A DNA stretch of 64,000 bases from an uncultured Fimbriimonadales bacterium (GCA_937992175.1 CALKLF010000030.1:1367-65366); one strand, 5' to 3'. Shown: positions 52,043 through 61,158, counted from the stretch's first letter. The notes: generated by a model from the letters alone, not told the origin. Made by a program: numbers and translations.

Positions 52043-53087
52043 CGTCCTCTCCGTCGTAAGAGTCTGAATAGCGTGGGTCTTCCCACAGCTGGACGACTGA
52101 ATTATACCCGATTTCTGACAGTATCGGCTGTTGGATCTTTCGCTCGACTTCGCGGAGGCGTTGCAGGATGGTCGCTCGCGCGCTGAGAGTAAGACGTCCT
52201 AACTGCCCATTCGGTTTGCGTACCCTGTTTTCAGGCGTGCGAGCAAATTCTACCAGCCAATTTCGGAACTCTAACAGGGGTTTCCAGTGCGCCTCTTCTT
52301 GCACAATCCTTTGCATCGTTCGGTCTTGCGACACGACGGAACATGTCCAGCATCCAAAGCGCGTCTCACGCCCTTTATACACAGAGAGCAATCCCCGTGT
52401 AGGATAGCCCCACGAGGGCGCAACGAAGCTCAGAAAATCCCACACATCACATTCGCGCCATACAATAATTGGAGAAAAGTATCCGATTTTGAGGCGCTGG
52501 CTCTGTGCATACCAGACGCCCTGACCGCACTCGCCGCCTCGTGAACAGGAAAGCTTTAGCCGAGCGTCTCGCACATCGGACTCGCCGAAGCGTATGCCAG
52601 TCACGACCAGTGTACGCTCACGTTCTTCAAGGGGAAGCGTACCCAAGTAGGCTTCAACGGGCTTGATTTTCAGGCGATGTGTGCACCAGCGGAAACCCTG
52701 ATGGGGTGGGGGATAGCCTTTGCCAATCACCTGCACCCAGAAGGAATCCTCAGGCGCAGGTCTTAGGACAGTCGCCTTCGCTAATCGCTGCGCGGTGATC
52801 GATTGAAGAAAAGAAAGCGCGAACTGTTGTAGCGTGGGAATTTCTATTTCAGTATCGCAATACAGAACCTCTGGGAGAATCTCGTATTTTCGAAGTACCT
52901 CAGTACAAAGCACTAACGCTGTGGTCGAGTCCTTACCCCCTGAATACATCAGAATCCAGCGATTGTAGCCTCGCCCCAACATAGCTTCAATGGCTTGCTG
53001 AGAGAGTTTTGTCATCGCGTGGAGCCTGTCACTGCCCTCAAGAGAAATGTCCGCAAACGGATTTGCCAGCGAAACATCAAGTTGCAT
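52017..53087 (-). CDS. DndC-like PP-loop ATP pyrophosphatase (PAPS-reductase family)
   Basis: ILMYSGGKDST (SGGKDS at 52943..52926), GFRWCTHRLKIKP, VVTGIRFGES, ETRFGCWTCSVVSQD, and a C-terminal LGRLTLSARATILQRLREVE segment as in DndC. Only the last 356 codons of the 650-aa ORF are used, because the upstream part is antisense to the MFS gene. Confidence 0.75.
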   Translation of the reverse strand: MQLDVSLANPFADISLEGSDRLHAMTKLSQQAIEAMLGRGYNRWILMYSGGKDSTTALVLCTEVLRKYEILPEVLYCDTEIEIPTLQQFALSFLQSITAQRLAKATVLRPAPEDSFWVQVIGKGYPPPHQGFRWCTHRLKIKPVEAYLGTLPLEERERTLVVTGIRFGESDVRDARLKLSCSRGGECGQGVWYAQSQRLKIGYFSPIIVWRECDVWDFLSFVAPSWGYPTRGLLSVYKGRETRFGCWTCSVVSQDRTMQRIVQEEAHWKPLLEFRNWLVEFARTPENRVRKPNGQLGRLTLSARATILQRLREVERKIQQPILSEIGYNSVVQLWEDPRYSDSYDGEDDALHRSNE

Positions 53088-53146
53088 AGCATAGGCATAT
53101 TCGCTGATTTTGTGATAATTCCTGCGGCACTGGCTCAGAACATCGG

Positions 53147-53152
53147 TATAAT
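53147..53152 (+). promoter_or_regulatory. -10 box (GGTATAATCCC) of the leaderless MFS gene
   Basis: TATAAT lies 7 nt upstream of GTG 53160. Same extended motif as at folK, the tricorn-like gene and the 30354 gene. Confidence 0.5.
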
Positions 53153-53159
53153 CCCTACC

Positions 53160-54431
53160 GTGACGCAGTGTCGTGTCAACTACTGGGCGATTAGCGCGTT
53201 CTGGCTGGGCGTGAGCGTCCACTGGGCGGCGTTTTTGACGATTGCCATGCAAGCGCGGGTGAACGACCTCGCGCCGCCCGACCAGCGTGGCATCTATCTG
53301 GCGTGGCTCGCGGCGGCGGGCGCGCTGATTTCCACGATTATCGAGCTGATTGCGGGACCGATTAGCGACCGCAGCACAGCGCGAATGGGCAGGCGACGCC
53401 CATTTATCCTGTGGGGCACGCTGCTGACCTTGCCGTTTATTTTGCTGTTTATGACCACGCAGAGCTTCCCGCTTCTGGTGCTGCACTTTGTGGCGATTCA
53501 ACTGTTTCTGAACTGGGCGAATGGACCCTATCAGGCGGTGATTCCCGACTATGTGCCCCCCGAACGGCACGGTTTGGCGTCGGCGTATATGGGGATGATG
53601 ACGCTGGTGGGTACACTGGCAGGGTTGGCGTTGGCGGGCGCGCTGCTGGGCGAGCCGCCGCTGATTCTGGGCGACCTGCCGCGCACGACGCGCCTGCAAA
53701 TCGTGGGCTGGACGCTGGTGGGCTTTCTGGTGGTCACGATGCTGTGGACGGTGCTGGGCATGCGCGAACCGCAGTGGCAGCCGAAGCATCCCGACGAGAA
53801 GCGATTGCGCCCTTCGCTGTTTATGAATATTTTTCTGAACGAGTTGCCCAACTTCCGCTGGGTGGTGGTCTCGCGGTTTGTTTTCAATATGGGCTTTTTC
53901 ACGGCGCTGTTCTTTTTGGAGTTTTACCTGCGAGACACGATTGGCTTGAAGGGCGCAGCGCCGCAGCATGCGTTCGGGTTTATGGCGACGGCGACGCTGA
54001 CGGGCGTGCTGGGCAACTGGCTGGCGGGCGTGCTGGCAGACCGCATGAGCAAAAAGCAGATTATTTACTACTGCATCGGGCTGATGTGCGTATGTGCGGG
54101 ACTATTCCTGAGCGCGCAGAGCCTGACGATGGTCTACCTCACGGGCACATTATTCGGCGTGGCGTGGGGCGCATACGCGGCGGTGGACTGGGCGTTAGCC
54201 AGCAACCTTGTGCCGACCTGCGAGTCGGGGCGGTATATGGCAATCTGGCACATCGCGATGACGATGCCGCAGGTGATTGCGCCGCTGATTGCGGGACCGT
54301 TAGGCGACTGGCTGAACGCTGAGTACGGCATGGGCGCAGGCTGGCGGAGGATTTTCCTGCTCGCGCCGATTTACTTCCTTGCGTCGGTGTGGCTGCTGAA
54401 GCCTGTTCAGGAGAGACCGCTTCAGAACTAA
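53160..54431 (+). CDS. MFS transporter
   Basis: A 12-TM-like hydrophobic pattern. DRSTARMGRRRPFIL loop motif (D-R-x-G-R-R) between TM2 and TM3. GTG start chosen by promoter context. Confidence 0.8.
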   Translation: MTQCRVNYWAISAFWLGVSVHWAAFLTIAMQARVNDLAPPDQRGIYLAWLAAAGALISTIIELIAGPISDRSTARMGRRRPFILWGTLLTLPFILLFMTTQSFPLLVLHFVAIQLFLNWANGPYQAVIPDYVPPERHGLASAYMGMMTLVGTLAGLALAGALLGEPPLILGDLPRTTRLQIVGWTLVGFLVVTMLWTVLGMREPQWQPKHPDEKRLRPSLFMNIFLNELPNFRWVVVSRFVFNMGFFTALFFLEFYLRDTIGLKGAAPQHAFGFMATATLTGVLGNWLAGVLADRMSKKQIIYYCIGLMCVCAGLFLSAQSLTMVYLTGTLFGVAWGAYAAVDWALASNLVPTCESGRYMAIWHIAMTMPQVIAPLIAGPLGDWLNAEYGMGAGWRRIFLLAPIYFLASVWLLKPVQERPLQN

Positions 54432-54539
54432 CAGGCTTCCAGGGGCGGTTGTTCTTGACGACTACGGCGTATCGAACCTGCTGGAACAGGGGGTCGCCCT
54501 AAACGGACGGAACCCAGAATCAGGTAAACTTATACCGCT

Positions 54540-55730
54540 ATGACTCGCAAGCAGGGGACAGTGCTGCTCGCGATGAGTGGGGGCGTGGATAGTTCGGTGG
54601 CGGCGGCGATTCTGATGAAGCGCGGCTACGAGGTCGTCGGCGTCACGATGCAGATCTGGCAGGAGTCGCATCCCGACCCGCGGCATGGGGGCTGCTGCTC
54701 GCTCGGCGCGGTCGAGGATGCGCGGCGCGTCGCGCGCAGGCTGGGTATTCCGCACTATGTGCTGAACTTCCGTCGCGTGTTCGCCGACACGGTGATTCGC
54801 GACTTCATCCACGAGTATCGGCGCGGGCGCACGCCTAATCCGTGCGTGCAGTGCAACCGCTTCGTGAAGTTCGACGCGCTGCTGCGCAAGGCGGACGAGC
54901 TGGGCTGCGACTATATCTCGACTGGACACTACGCCCGCACGCGCTCCAACCCGCACACGGGGCGGTACAACCTGCTGCGCGCCGTGAATAAGGAGAAGGA
55001 TCAGTCCTATGTGCTGTATATGTTGAATCAGGAGCAGCTGCGCCGCGCGATTTTCCCGCTGGGCAATATGCCGACCAAGGCGGAGACGCGCCGCCTTGCC
55101 GCCGAGCTGGGGCTGTGGACGGCGAACAAGCCCGACAGTCAGGAAATTTGCTTCGCAGCGCATGCGGGGGGCTATCACCAGTTCCTGCGCGAGGTCACGC
55201 CCGACGCCTTCAAGCCGGGCGAGATTCGCGATACTTCAGGGCGCGTGCTGGGCACGCACAACGGCATCGCGCTCTATACGATTGGACAGCGCAGGCGACT
55301 GGGCATCAACACGGGCGGTAAGCCGATGTTCGTGCTGGGCATTATTCCAGAGGAGAACGCGATTATCGTGGGCGACGAGGCGGAACTCTACGAGCGCGAG
55401 ATGATCGTGGGCGATGTGGAGTGGAGCAGCATTCCGTATCTGGAGAGGCCGCTGCGCGTCATGGCAAAAATTCGGTATAATGCGCCTATGGCGCAGGCGA
55501 CGCTCTACCCCTTAGACGACCCGCGCCGCGTGCGCGTGGTGTTCGACGAACCCGTGCGGGCAATTACGCCGGGGCAGTTCGGCGTGTTCTATCGGGGCGA
55601 GACGGTGGTGGGCGGCGGCGTGATTGAGGCGCCTTACGCGGCGAACCCCGACGCGGAGACGACCGACCGCGCGGTCAAGCGGGCGCTGCAAGTCGTGCAG
55701 CCGTTCCTGCTGGAGGGGGCAGAAGGATGA
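54540..55730 (+). CDS. mnmA: tRNA 2-thiouridine(34) synthase MnmA
   Basis: VLLAMSGGVDSSVAA PP-loop, PNPCVQCN, DQSYVL. Confidence 0.93.
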   Translation: MTRKQGTVLLAMSGGVDSSVAAAILMKRGYEVVGVTMQIWQESHPDPRHGGCCSLGAVEDARRVARRLGIPHYVLNFRRVFADTVIRDFIHEYRRGRTPNPCVQCNRFVKFDALLRKADELGCDYISTGHYARTRSNPHTGRYNLLRAVNKEKDQSYVLYMLNQEQLRRAIFPLGNMPTKAETRRLAAELGLWTANKPDSQEICFAAHAGGYHQFLREVTPDAFKPGEIRDTSGRVLGTHNGIALYTIGQRRRLGINTGGKPMFVLGIIPEENAIIVGDEAELYEREMIVGDVEWSSIPYLERPLRVMAKIRYNAPMAQATLYPLDDPRRVRVVFDEPVRAITPGQFGVFYRGETVVGGGVIEAPYAANPDAETTDRAVKRALQVVQPFLLEGAEG

Positions 55731-56431
55731 ACGACGCTTTGTTGATGATTCTGATTGTGCTGATGAGCCTCACGCTGCTTGTGCTGGCGTGGGTGGTAAT
55801 CGGGTTGCTCCTCGTCGCCCGATGTGAACTGCCGAAACTCCAGCGTCAAATGAGCGAGATGAACGGGCGGGTGGCGCAGCTGCTGGATGAACTCGTCCCG
55901 ACCGTGCAGCACACGACGCTCGCGCTGAAAGAGGCGGAGCGCGCCCTGCACGAAGCGGCGGAGACCATCGAGAACCTGCACATCGTCAGCGACAACATCC
56001 GCCACAAGCTGGAGGTCGCCGACGCCGTCGGCGCGAAGGTGCGTCGCCTGCCCGAAAAGACCGCCCGCTTCCTCGGCAGGGTGATGCATCAGGGCTTCAA
56101 GTTGGGGGGACAGCTCATCAGCAGTCAACTTGAGAAGCGTCTCCAGCCGAAACGCGCAACGGTTTATGACGGGGCGCGTGGTCTGGACACTCCTGTCCAA
56201 GCGTCGCCCCCCAGTGGCTTGAACAGTCCTGTCCAAGCAGGCTCCCAAGAAAGCCTGAGTGCTTCACAGAGACAGGACGCCGCCGTACTGAGGGGAAGCA
56301 CGGGCGGGGACGCCTGTGCCACAAGTGAGAATTCCGCCCCATTCGAGGCGGAGAGCGTCCCAACAGGGGAGGTAACCACAGCACCACACGCAACACAACC
56401 TGCATCACACACCACACACAAGGAGGGATGA
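55727..56431 (+). CDS. DUF948-like membrane protein
   Basis: An N-terminal TM helix followed by a long helical segment. ATGA overlap with mnmA. Confidence 0.55.
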   Translation: MNDALLMILIVLMSLTLLVLAWVVIGLLLVARCELPKLQRQMSEMNGRVAQLLDELVPTVQHTTLALKEAERALHEAAETIENLHIVSDNIRHKLEVADAVGAKVRRLPEKTARFLGRVMHQGFKLGGQLISSQLEKRLQPKRATVYDGARGLDTPVQASPPSGLNSPVQAGSQESLSASQRQDAAVLRGSTGGDACATSENSAPFEAESVPTGEVTTAPHATQPASHTTHKEG

Positions 56432-56433
56432 CC

Positions 56434-56712
56434 ATGCAGAACCAAGATGAACGCAGCGGCGTGCTGTATCTACTGGCGGGAATCGGACTGGGCGTGCTGA
56501 TTGGCGCCGTGATCGGTCTGCTGTTCGCGCCCAAGTCGGGCGAAGAGATTCGCGGCGACATCGGACAACGCCTGCACGACCTGAGCGAGAAAGTGCGCGA
56601 GTTGAGCCACCAGGTCTACGAGCGCGGCGGCGAGACCGTGCGCAACCTGCGCGAGCGTGTGAGTCGCAAGGCGCATGAGGTCGCCGAAGACATCGCGCCT
56701 GACCAGGCGTAA
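56434..56712 (+). CDS. YtxH-domain protein
   Basis: GLGVLIGAVIGLLFAPKSGEEIRGDI is the YtxH signature. ATG 56434 has better SD spacing than ATG 56428. Confidence 0.75.
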   Translation: MQNQDERSGVLYLLAGIGLGVLIGAVIGLLFAPKSGEEIRGDIGQRLHDLSEKVRELSHQVYERGGETVRNLRERVSRKAHEVAEDIAPDQA

Positions 56713-56718
56713 TCCGCC

Positions 56719-57951
56719 ATGTGGCGCTGGCTAGGCTGGGCAGTGGTCGTCTCCACTGCCCTCGTTTTCCTCTATTTCGTCTGGCAGTCCCTGATCCCGT
56801 TCCTGATTGGGGGCGTCATCGCGCTGCTGCTGAACCCGTTCGTGGAAGCGCTCTGTCGTAAGGGCTACTCGCGCGGGCGCGCCATCCTGAATGTGTTTTT
56901 GGCGTTCCTGCTCCTCGCGCTCGGACTCAGCTTGATGCTTGTCCCCACTTTCTACGCCCAGTCGCAGGCGATACTCCAGACCTTCAGTCAGAAAAACAAT
57001 GGCGACATCACGAAGGTGGTAAACCGCTGGGTCAAAGACGCGCAGGGCTACCTGGAACGCGAGGTTCCCAAACGGCGCGACCTGATCGCGCGTAACGCAG
57101 AACTCCTCAAGCGATTGGATCTGCCCACGGAACCGGACGCGCTCACGAAAGCGTTGACGCAGCGCATTCAGAAACGCGCCAACGAGTTCATCCTGGACAA
57201 CGCTGCCCGCTACATCAACTCATTTCTCAACACCCTGCTGGGGCTACTCTCGCGGGCGCTGTGGATTATCCTGATTCCGATGAGCGCATACTTCTTTCTG
57301 TTGGACATGCCCGCAATCCACCGGAGCTTTCTATTTATGGTTCCGCCTGCCCAGCGTCCCGCCGTTCAGCAACTGATAAGCGAGATAGGCGCGCTCTTTT
57401 TCCGCTACATTCGGGGAATCGTTACGGCGGCGCTGACCTATGGCGCGGTAAGCATGCTCTTTTACTGGCTGGCGGGCGCGCCGAACCCGGTGCTGCTGGG
57501 CGTGCTGGCGGCGATTCTGTATCCTATCCCTTATTTAGGGGCGTTTCTGATTGCGCTCAGCTCGTTCGTGTTCACGCTGATTTTTGGTCCTGCGCATCCC
57601 CTGTTTTTTGTGGCGTCGTTGCCTACTATGTGGCATGCGGTCGCTGTGGTGGCGGGCGCGATGGCGGTGAACACGCTGTTTGATTTAATCATCACGCCGC
57701 GTTTGCTGGGCGGGGCGGTGGGGTTGCGTCCGCTGGGCGCGCTGATTGCGATTGTGGTGGGCGCCAACTGGGGCATCTGGGGGATGTTGCTTGCTGTGCC
57801 CGTCGCCACCACGCTCAAGATTATCATCGAGCGACTGCTGCACTTTTTCTACGGAGAGGCGGACTTTCTGGAGCTGCCTGAACCGCCCGCAGAGTCTGCC
57901 GAATCGAGTGAAGAAGGAACGAAGGCGCCTGCCCATGTCGCGTCGGATTAG
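56719..57951 (+). CDS. AI-2E family transporter (PerM/UPF0118)
   Basis: Polytopic membrane protein with the typical LLAVPVATTLKIIIE C-terminal helix. Confidence 0.8.
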   Translation: MWRWLGWAVVVSTALVFLYFVWQSLIPFLIGGVIALLLNPFVEALCRKGYSRGRAILNVFLAFLLLALGLSLMLVPTFYAQSQAILQTFSQKNNGDITKVVNRWVKDAQGYLEREVPKRRDLIARNAELLKRLDLPTEPDALTKALTQRIQKRANEFILDNAARYINSFLNTLLGLLSRALWIILIPMSAYFFLLDMPAIHRSFLFMVPPAQRPAVQQLISEIGALFFRYIRGIVTAALTYGAVSMLFYWLAGAPNPVLLGVLAAILYPIPYLGAFLIALSSFVFTLIFGPAHPLFFVASLPTMWHAVAVVAGAMAVNTLFDLIITPRLLGGAVGLRPLGALIAIVVGANWGIWGMLLAVPVATTLKIIIERLLHFFYGEADFLELPEPPAESAESSEEGTKAPAHVASD

Positions 57952-57989
57952 CGTAAAGGCGCCGCCTTATGCATGGTACAATTCGCGCC

Positions 57990-59492
57990 ATGCACGATCC
58001 AGTCCACCACACGCTTGAGGAAGAGAGCCAGCTGGTTCAAATCCGCCTGCAGAAGCTCCGGCAACTGCGCGAACTGGGATTAGACCCCTTCGCCATCGAA
58101 CGGTACGAGACTACCCATCCCCTGCAGGCAATCCACGACGAGTACGAGCAGCTGGAGGGCAAGACGGTCGCCGTCGCAGGGCGCATCGCTGCAATTCGCA
58201 AGATGGGTAAGGCGACCTTCGCACACCTGATGGACAGCACCGGCAAGCTGCAAATCTACCTCAAAGCCGACGAACAAGGCGAAAAATACGACCTGATTGA
58301 CCTCTGGGATCTGGGCGACTATCTCGGCGTGCAGGGCTTCGTGTTCAAAACGCGCACGGGCGAAATCACCGTGCATGTGCAGTCGTTCACGATGTTAGCC
58401 AAAGCGATTCGCCCTGTGCCGTTCCCTAAAGAGAAGGGCGAGCAACGCTGGTACGAGCTGCACGATGTGGAGCAGCGGTACCGCCAGCGCTATTTGGACC
58501 TGCTGGTGAACCCCGAATCGCGTCAGCGGTTGCTCGCACGGTGTCGAATGATTCGCGAGATACGGCGGTTCTTAGACGAGCGAAGCTTTCTGGAGGTGGA
58601 GACGCCCGTGCTGCAGCCGATGGCGGGCGGCGCGGCGGCGCGACCTTTCGTGACGCACCACAACGCGCTCGACCGTGAGTTCCAACTGCGCATCGCGCTG
58701 GAATTGCACCTCAAGAGGCTGTTGATTGGGGGCATCGATCGCGTGTACGAAATCGGGCGTGTGTTCCGCAACGAGGGCATCTCCACCCGCCACAATCCCG
58801 AGTTCACGATGCTCGAACTCTATCAGGCGTATGCGAATCTTGAGGATATTATGAGCCTCGTTGAGGAACTGTTCCGCCATGTCGCCGAGCGCGTGTTCGG
58901 AACCACCGTGTTCGAAATGCACGGCGTGCAGGTAGATTTCGCCCGTCCGTGGCAGCGCATCCGCCTGATGGACGCGATTCGGGAGCGCACGGGACTGACC
59001 GAAGCCGACTTTGAGACGCTGGAGGACGCCGTCCGCGCCGCCGAGAAGGTCGGCATCTATGTGGAGCGCAAGGACACCATCGGCGGGATTATCGAGAAGG
59101 TGCTGGAGAAGTGCGTGGCGGAGCATCTGCAGCAGCCGACCTTTGTGTACGGCTTCCCGATTGACACCTCGCCGCTGGCGAAGCGCGAGCCAGACAACCC
59201 GCGTTTCACCCGCCGCTTCGAGGGCTACCTCTTTGGCAAGGAGGTCGCTAACGCCTTCTCGGAGCTGAACGACCCGCTGGAGCAGCGCGCGCGCTTCGAG
59301 CAGCAGTACGCGCTCCGTCAGGCGGGCGACGAAGAGGCGCACCCGTTCGACGAGGACTTCCTGCATGCGATGGAGTACGGCATGCCCCCCGCAGGTGGGT
59401 TAGGAATCGGCATCGACCGCGTGGCGATGCTGCTCACGGGCACGGATTCCATTCGCGAAGTGATTTTCTTCCCGCAGATGCGGGAGGGGTAG
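57990..59492 (+). CDS. lysS: lysine--tRNA ligase (class II)
   Basis: RIAAIRKMGKATFAHL, FRNEGIS, and class II motifs ending GGLGIGIDRVAMLL. TGgTACAAT at 57974-57982 lies 7 nt upstream of ATG 57990 (ATG 57969 is an alternative start). Confidence 0.92.
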   Translation: MHDPVHHTLEEESQLVQIRLQKLRQLRELGLDPFAIERYETTHPLQAIHDEYEQLEGKTVAVAGRIAAIRKMGKATFAHLMDSTGKLQIYLKADEQGEKYDLIDLWDLGDYLGVQGFVFKTRTGEITVHVQSFTMLAKAIRPVPFPKEKGEQRWYELHDVEQRYRQRYLDLLVNPESRQRLLARCRMIREIRRFLDERSFLEVETPVLQPMAGGAAARPFVTHHNALDREFQLRIALELHLKRLLIGGIDRVYEIGRVFRNEGISTRHNPEFTMLELYQAYANLEDIMSLVEELFRHVAERVFGTTVFEMHGVQVDFARPWQRIRLMDAIRERTGLTEADFETLEDAVRAAEKVGIYVERKDTIGGIIEKVLEKCVAEHLQQPTFVYGFPIDTSPLAKREPDNPRFTRRFEGYLFGKEVANAFSELNDPLEQRARFEQQYALRQAGDEEAHPFDEDFLHAMEYGMPPAGGLGIGIDRVAMLLTGTDSIREVIFFPQMREG

Positions 59493-59493
59493 C

Positions 59494-60246
59494 ATGTACG
59501 CTGCCACACTGAGTGTAATTGCCGACTGGGTTCGCGCGCTGGAGCTGCCCGTTGTGCTGATTCAGCCGCGCAGCGCGGACGCGCACGAGACGCCCCTGAA
59601 TGTGCGGATGATACGGCAGGCGTTGGGGGCGCGGCGCGTGGTTGCTGTCGGCGGCGGGCTGGAGGGCTATCTAAACGCCCTGCAACGTGCCCTGCAGAAT
59701 CGCACCCCCATCAGCGCGCTCATCGACCACCTGCACCCGCCCCCTGACAACCTGCATATCTGGCTGGACTTACCCTACGCCCGTCAGAGCTGCGCGCAGC
59801 TTCTGCGCTGGGCGAAGGAGGACGGGCTGGCGGGCGCGAACCAGCGTCAGGCGTGGGCGCGCGTGCAGCTCCAGTTCCGTCAGCTCGAAATGCGCGTGCG
59901 CGAGGCGCAGGCATCGCTGCAGGGGAAAGCCTACCTCGCCGTGCATGACGCTTACCTGCCCCTCACGCGACGGCTCGGCATGCGCTCGCTGGGCAGCCTG
60001 CAGCCCGACCACGAACGCCCACCCAGCCTGCAACGCCTGCGTCAGGCAATCGAGCAGGGCAGACAGGCGAGCGTCGCGATGGTATTGGCGAGTGAGCCGT
60101 CGGACATCGGCGCGACCGTCGCCCGACTGCTCAGGGTTCCGCTTGTGATTGCCGACACGCTAGAGTCGCCCGACCCTGAGGATGACTACTTCGCGCGACT
60201 GCTGGGGCTAGTCCGTGCGCTAGAGCAGGTGAGGGCGGCGCGGTGA
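59494..60246 (+). CDS. ZnuA/TroA-like metal-binding protein lacking a signal peptide
   Basis: ADAHET, LHIWLDL and AVHDAYLPL resemble PF01297-type motifs. The ATG lies 1 nt after the lysS stop, with GGGAGGGG upstream. Confidence 0.55.
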   Translation: MYAATLSVIADWVRALELPVVLIQPRSADAHETPLNVRMIRQALGARRVVAVGGGLEGYLNALQRALQNRTPISALIDHLHPPPDNLHIWLDLPYARQSCAQLLRWAKEDGLAGANQRQAWARVQLQFRQLEMRVREAQASLQGKAYLAVHDAYLPLTRRLGMRSLGSLQPDHERPPSLQRLRQAIEQGRQASVAMVLASEPSDIGATVARLLRVPLVIADTLESPDPEDDYFARLLGLVRALEQVRAAR

Positions 60247-60270
60247 GGGGGGGTGAACAAGGTACGCTCA

Positions 60271-61158
60271 TCAAACAATTTGGCTTGCTTCGAGCTGCGT
60301 TAGCGTCAAGGCGGACTGGAGGGCGCGCGCCGCGTCCTCCGCTGACAGCACGCCAATCAGCTCGGTCTCGGCGACCTCCGCGCCGAGCGCACACGCCATC
60401 CGGCGCACAACCTCCGTCACGCGAAACAGGTCGGTCTGCTCAGTCTGCGTGATGTTCAGCGAGACCTGCGCGACCTGACGAGTGGGCAGCCACAGCCCCA
60501 GCGCACGCACGCCCCTGAGCGCGGGGTTGGTTTCGCGTTCGGCGCGAATCTGGCGGGCGATTTGTCGGGCAATCGCCACATCAGGCGGGCGCAGGTTCAG
60601 ATTGAACGCAATCAGTGGGTCGCGCACGCCCATCACCGTCACGCCTGCGGTGGGGTGCAGGCGTTTCGGACCGAAGTCGGGCGTGCGCTCGCCCACAAGT
60701 CGTTTGCCAAGCCAGCCCTCGAACTCGCCCTTGCGCAAAGTGGGCAGGTCGCGCGGGCGTCCCACGCGGGCGGAATGTTCGTAGAGATAAACAGGCACAT
60801 GCAGACGCCGTGCAAAACTTTTCGCGACCTGATATGAGAACGCCACCGCTTCCTCGCGCGTCAGCCCCGTGAGCGGCACAAAGGGAACCACATCCACTGC
60901 GCCGATGCGCGGGTGCGCTCCTTGATGGCGGTTCAGGTCGATGCGCTCTATGGCGACTGACCCTGCCTGCAATACGGCGCGTTTCACCTGCACAGGTGTC
61001 CCCGAAAACGCCAGCACCATCCGATGGTGGTCATAATCCCACGAGAGATGATGGATTTTCACGCCTGCGCTCGCGGCGGCGTCCGCAATCGCTCGTATTG
61101 TTGTTTCGTCGCGCCCTTCCGAGAAGTTCGGAACGCATAGCACCCGCGCCGTCTGCAT
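60271..61158 (-). CDS. glutamate formimidoyltransferase
   Basis: VLCVPNFSEGRDETTI N-terminal hallmark, HRMV, and about 295 aa length. Confidence 0.85.
   Translation of the reverse strand: MQTARVLCVPNFSEGRDETTIRAIADAAASAGVKIHHLSWDYDHHRMVLAFSGTPVQVKRAVLQAGSVAIERIDLNRHQGAHPRIGAVDVVPFVPLTGLTREEAVAFSYQVAKSFARRLHVPVYLYEHSARVGRPRDLPTLRKGEFEGWLGKRLVGERTPDFGPKRLHPTAGVTVMGVRDPLIAFNLNLRPPDVAIARQIARQIRAERETNPALRGVRALGLWLPTRQVAQVSLNITQTEQTDLFRVTEVVRRMACALGAEVAETELIGVLSAEDAARALQSALTLTQLEASQIV

Larger units (their letters stand above)
48824..53146. other. low-GC genomic islet (putative horizontally acquired)
   Basis: Hand counts: 25/60 G+C at 50041-50100, against 39/60 at 54601-54660. Bounded by the native-looking -10 boxes of the hydrolase and MFS genes. 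Confidence 0.65.

Noticed and set aside
53088-53969. N-terminal 294 codons of the 650-aa minus-strand ORF 52017..53969, which would make a much larger DndC-like protein.
   Set aside because: That part is antisense to the well-supported MFS transporter gene, is R/Q/H-rich nonsense, and has host-like high GC. The low-GC, motif-bearing part starts at ATG 53087.
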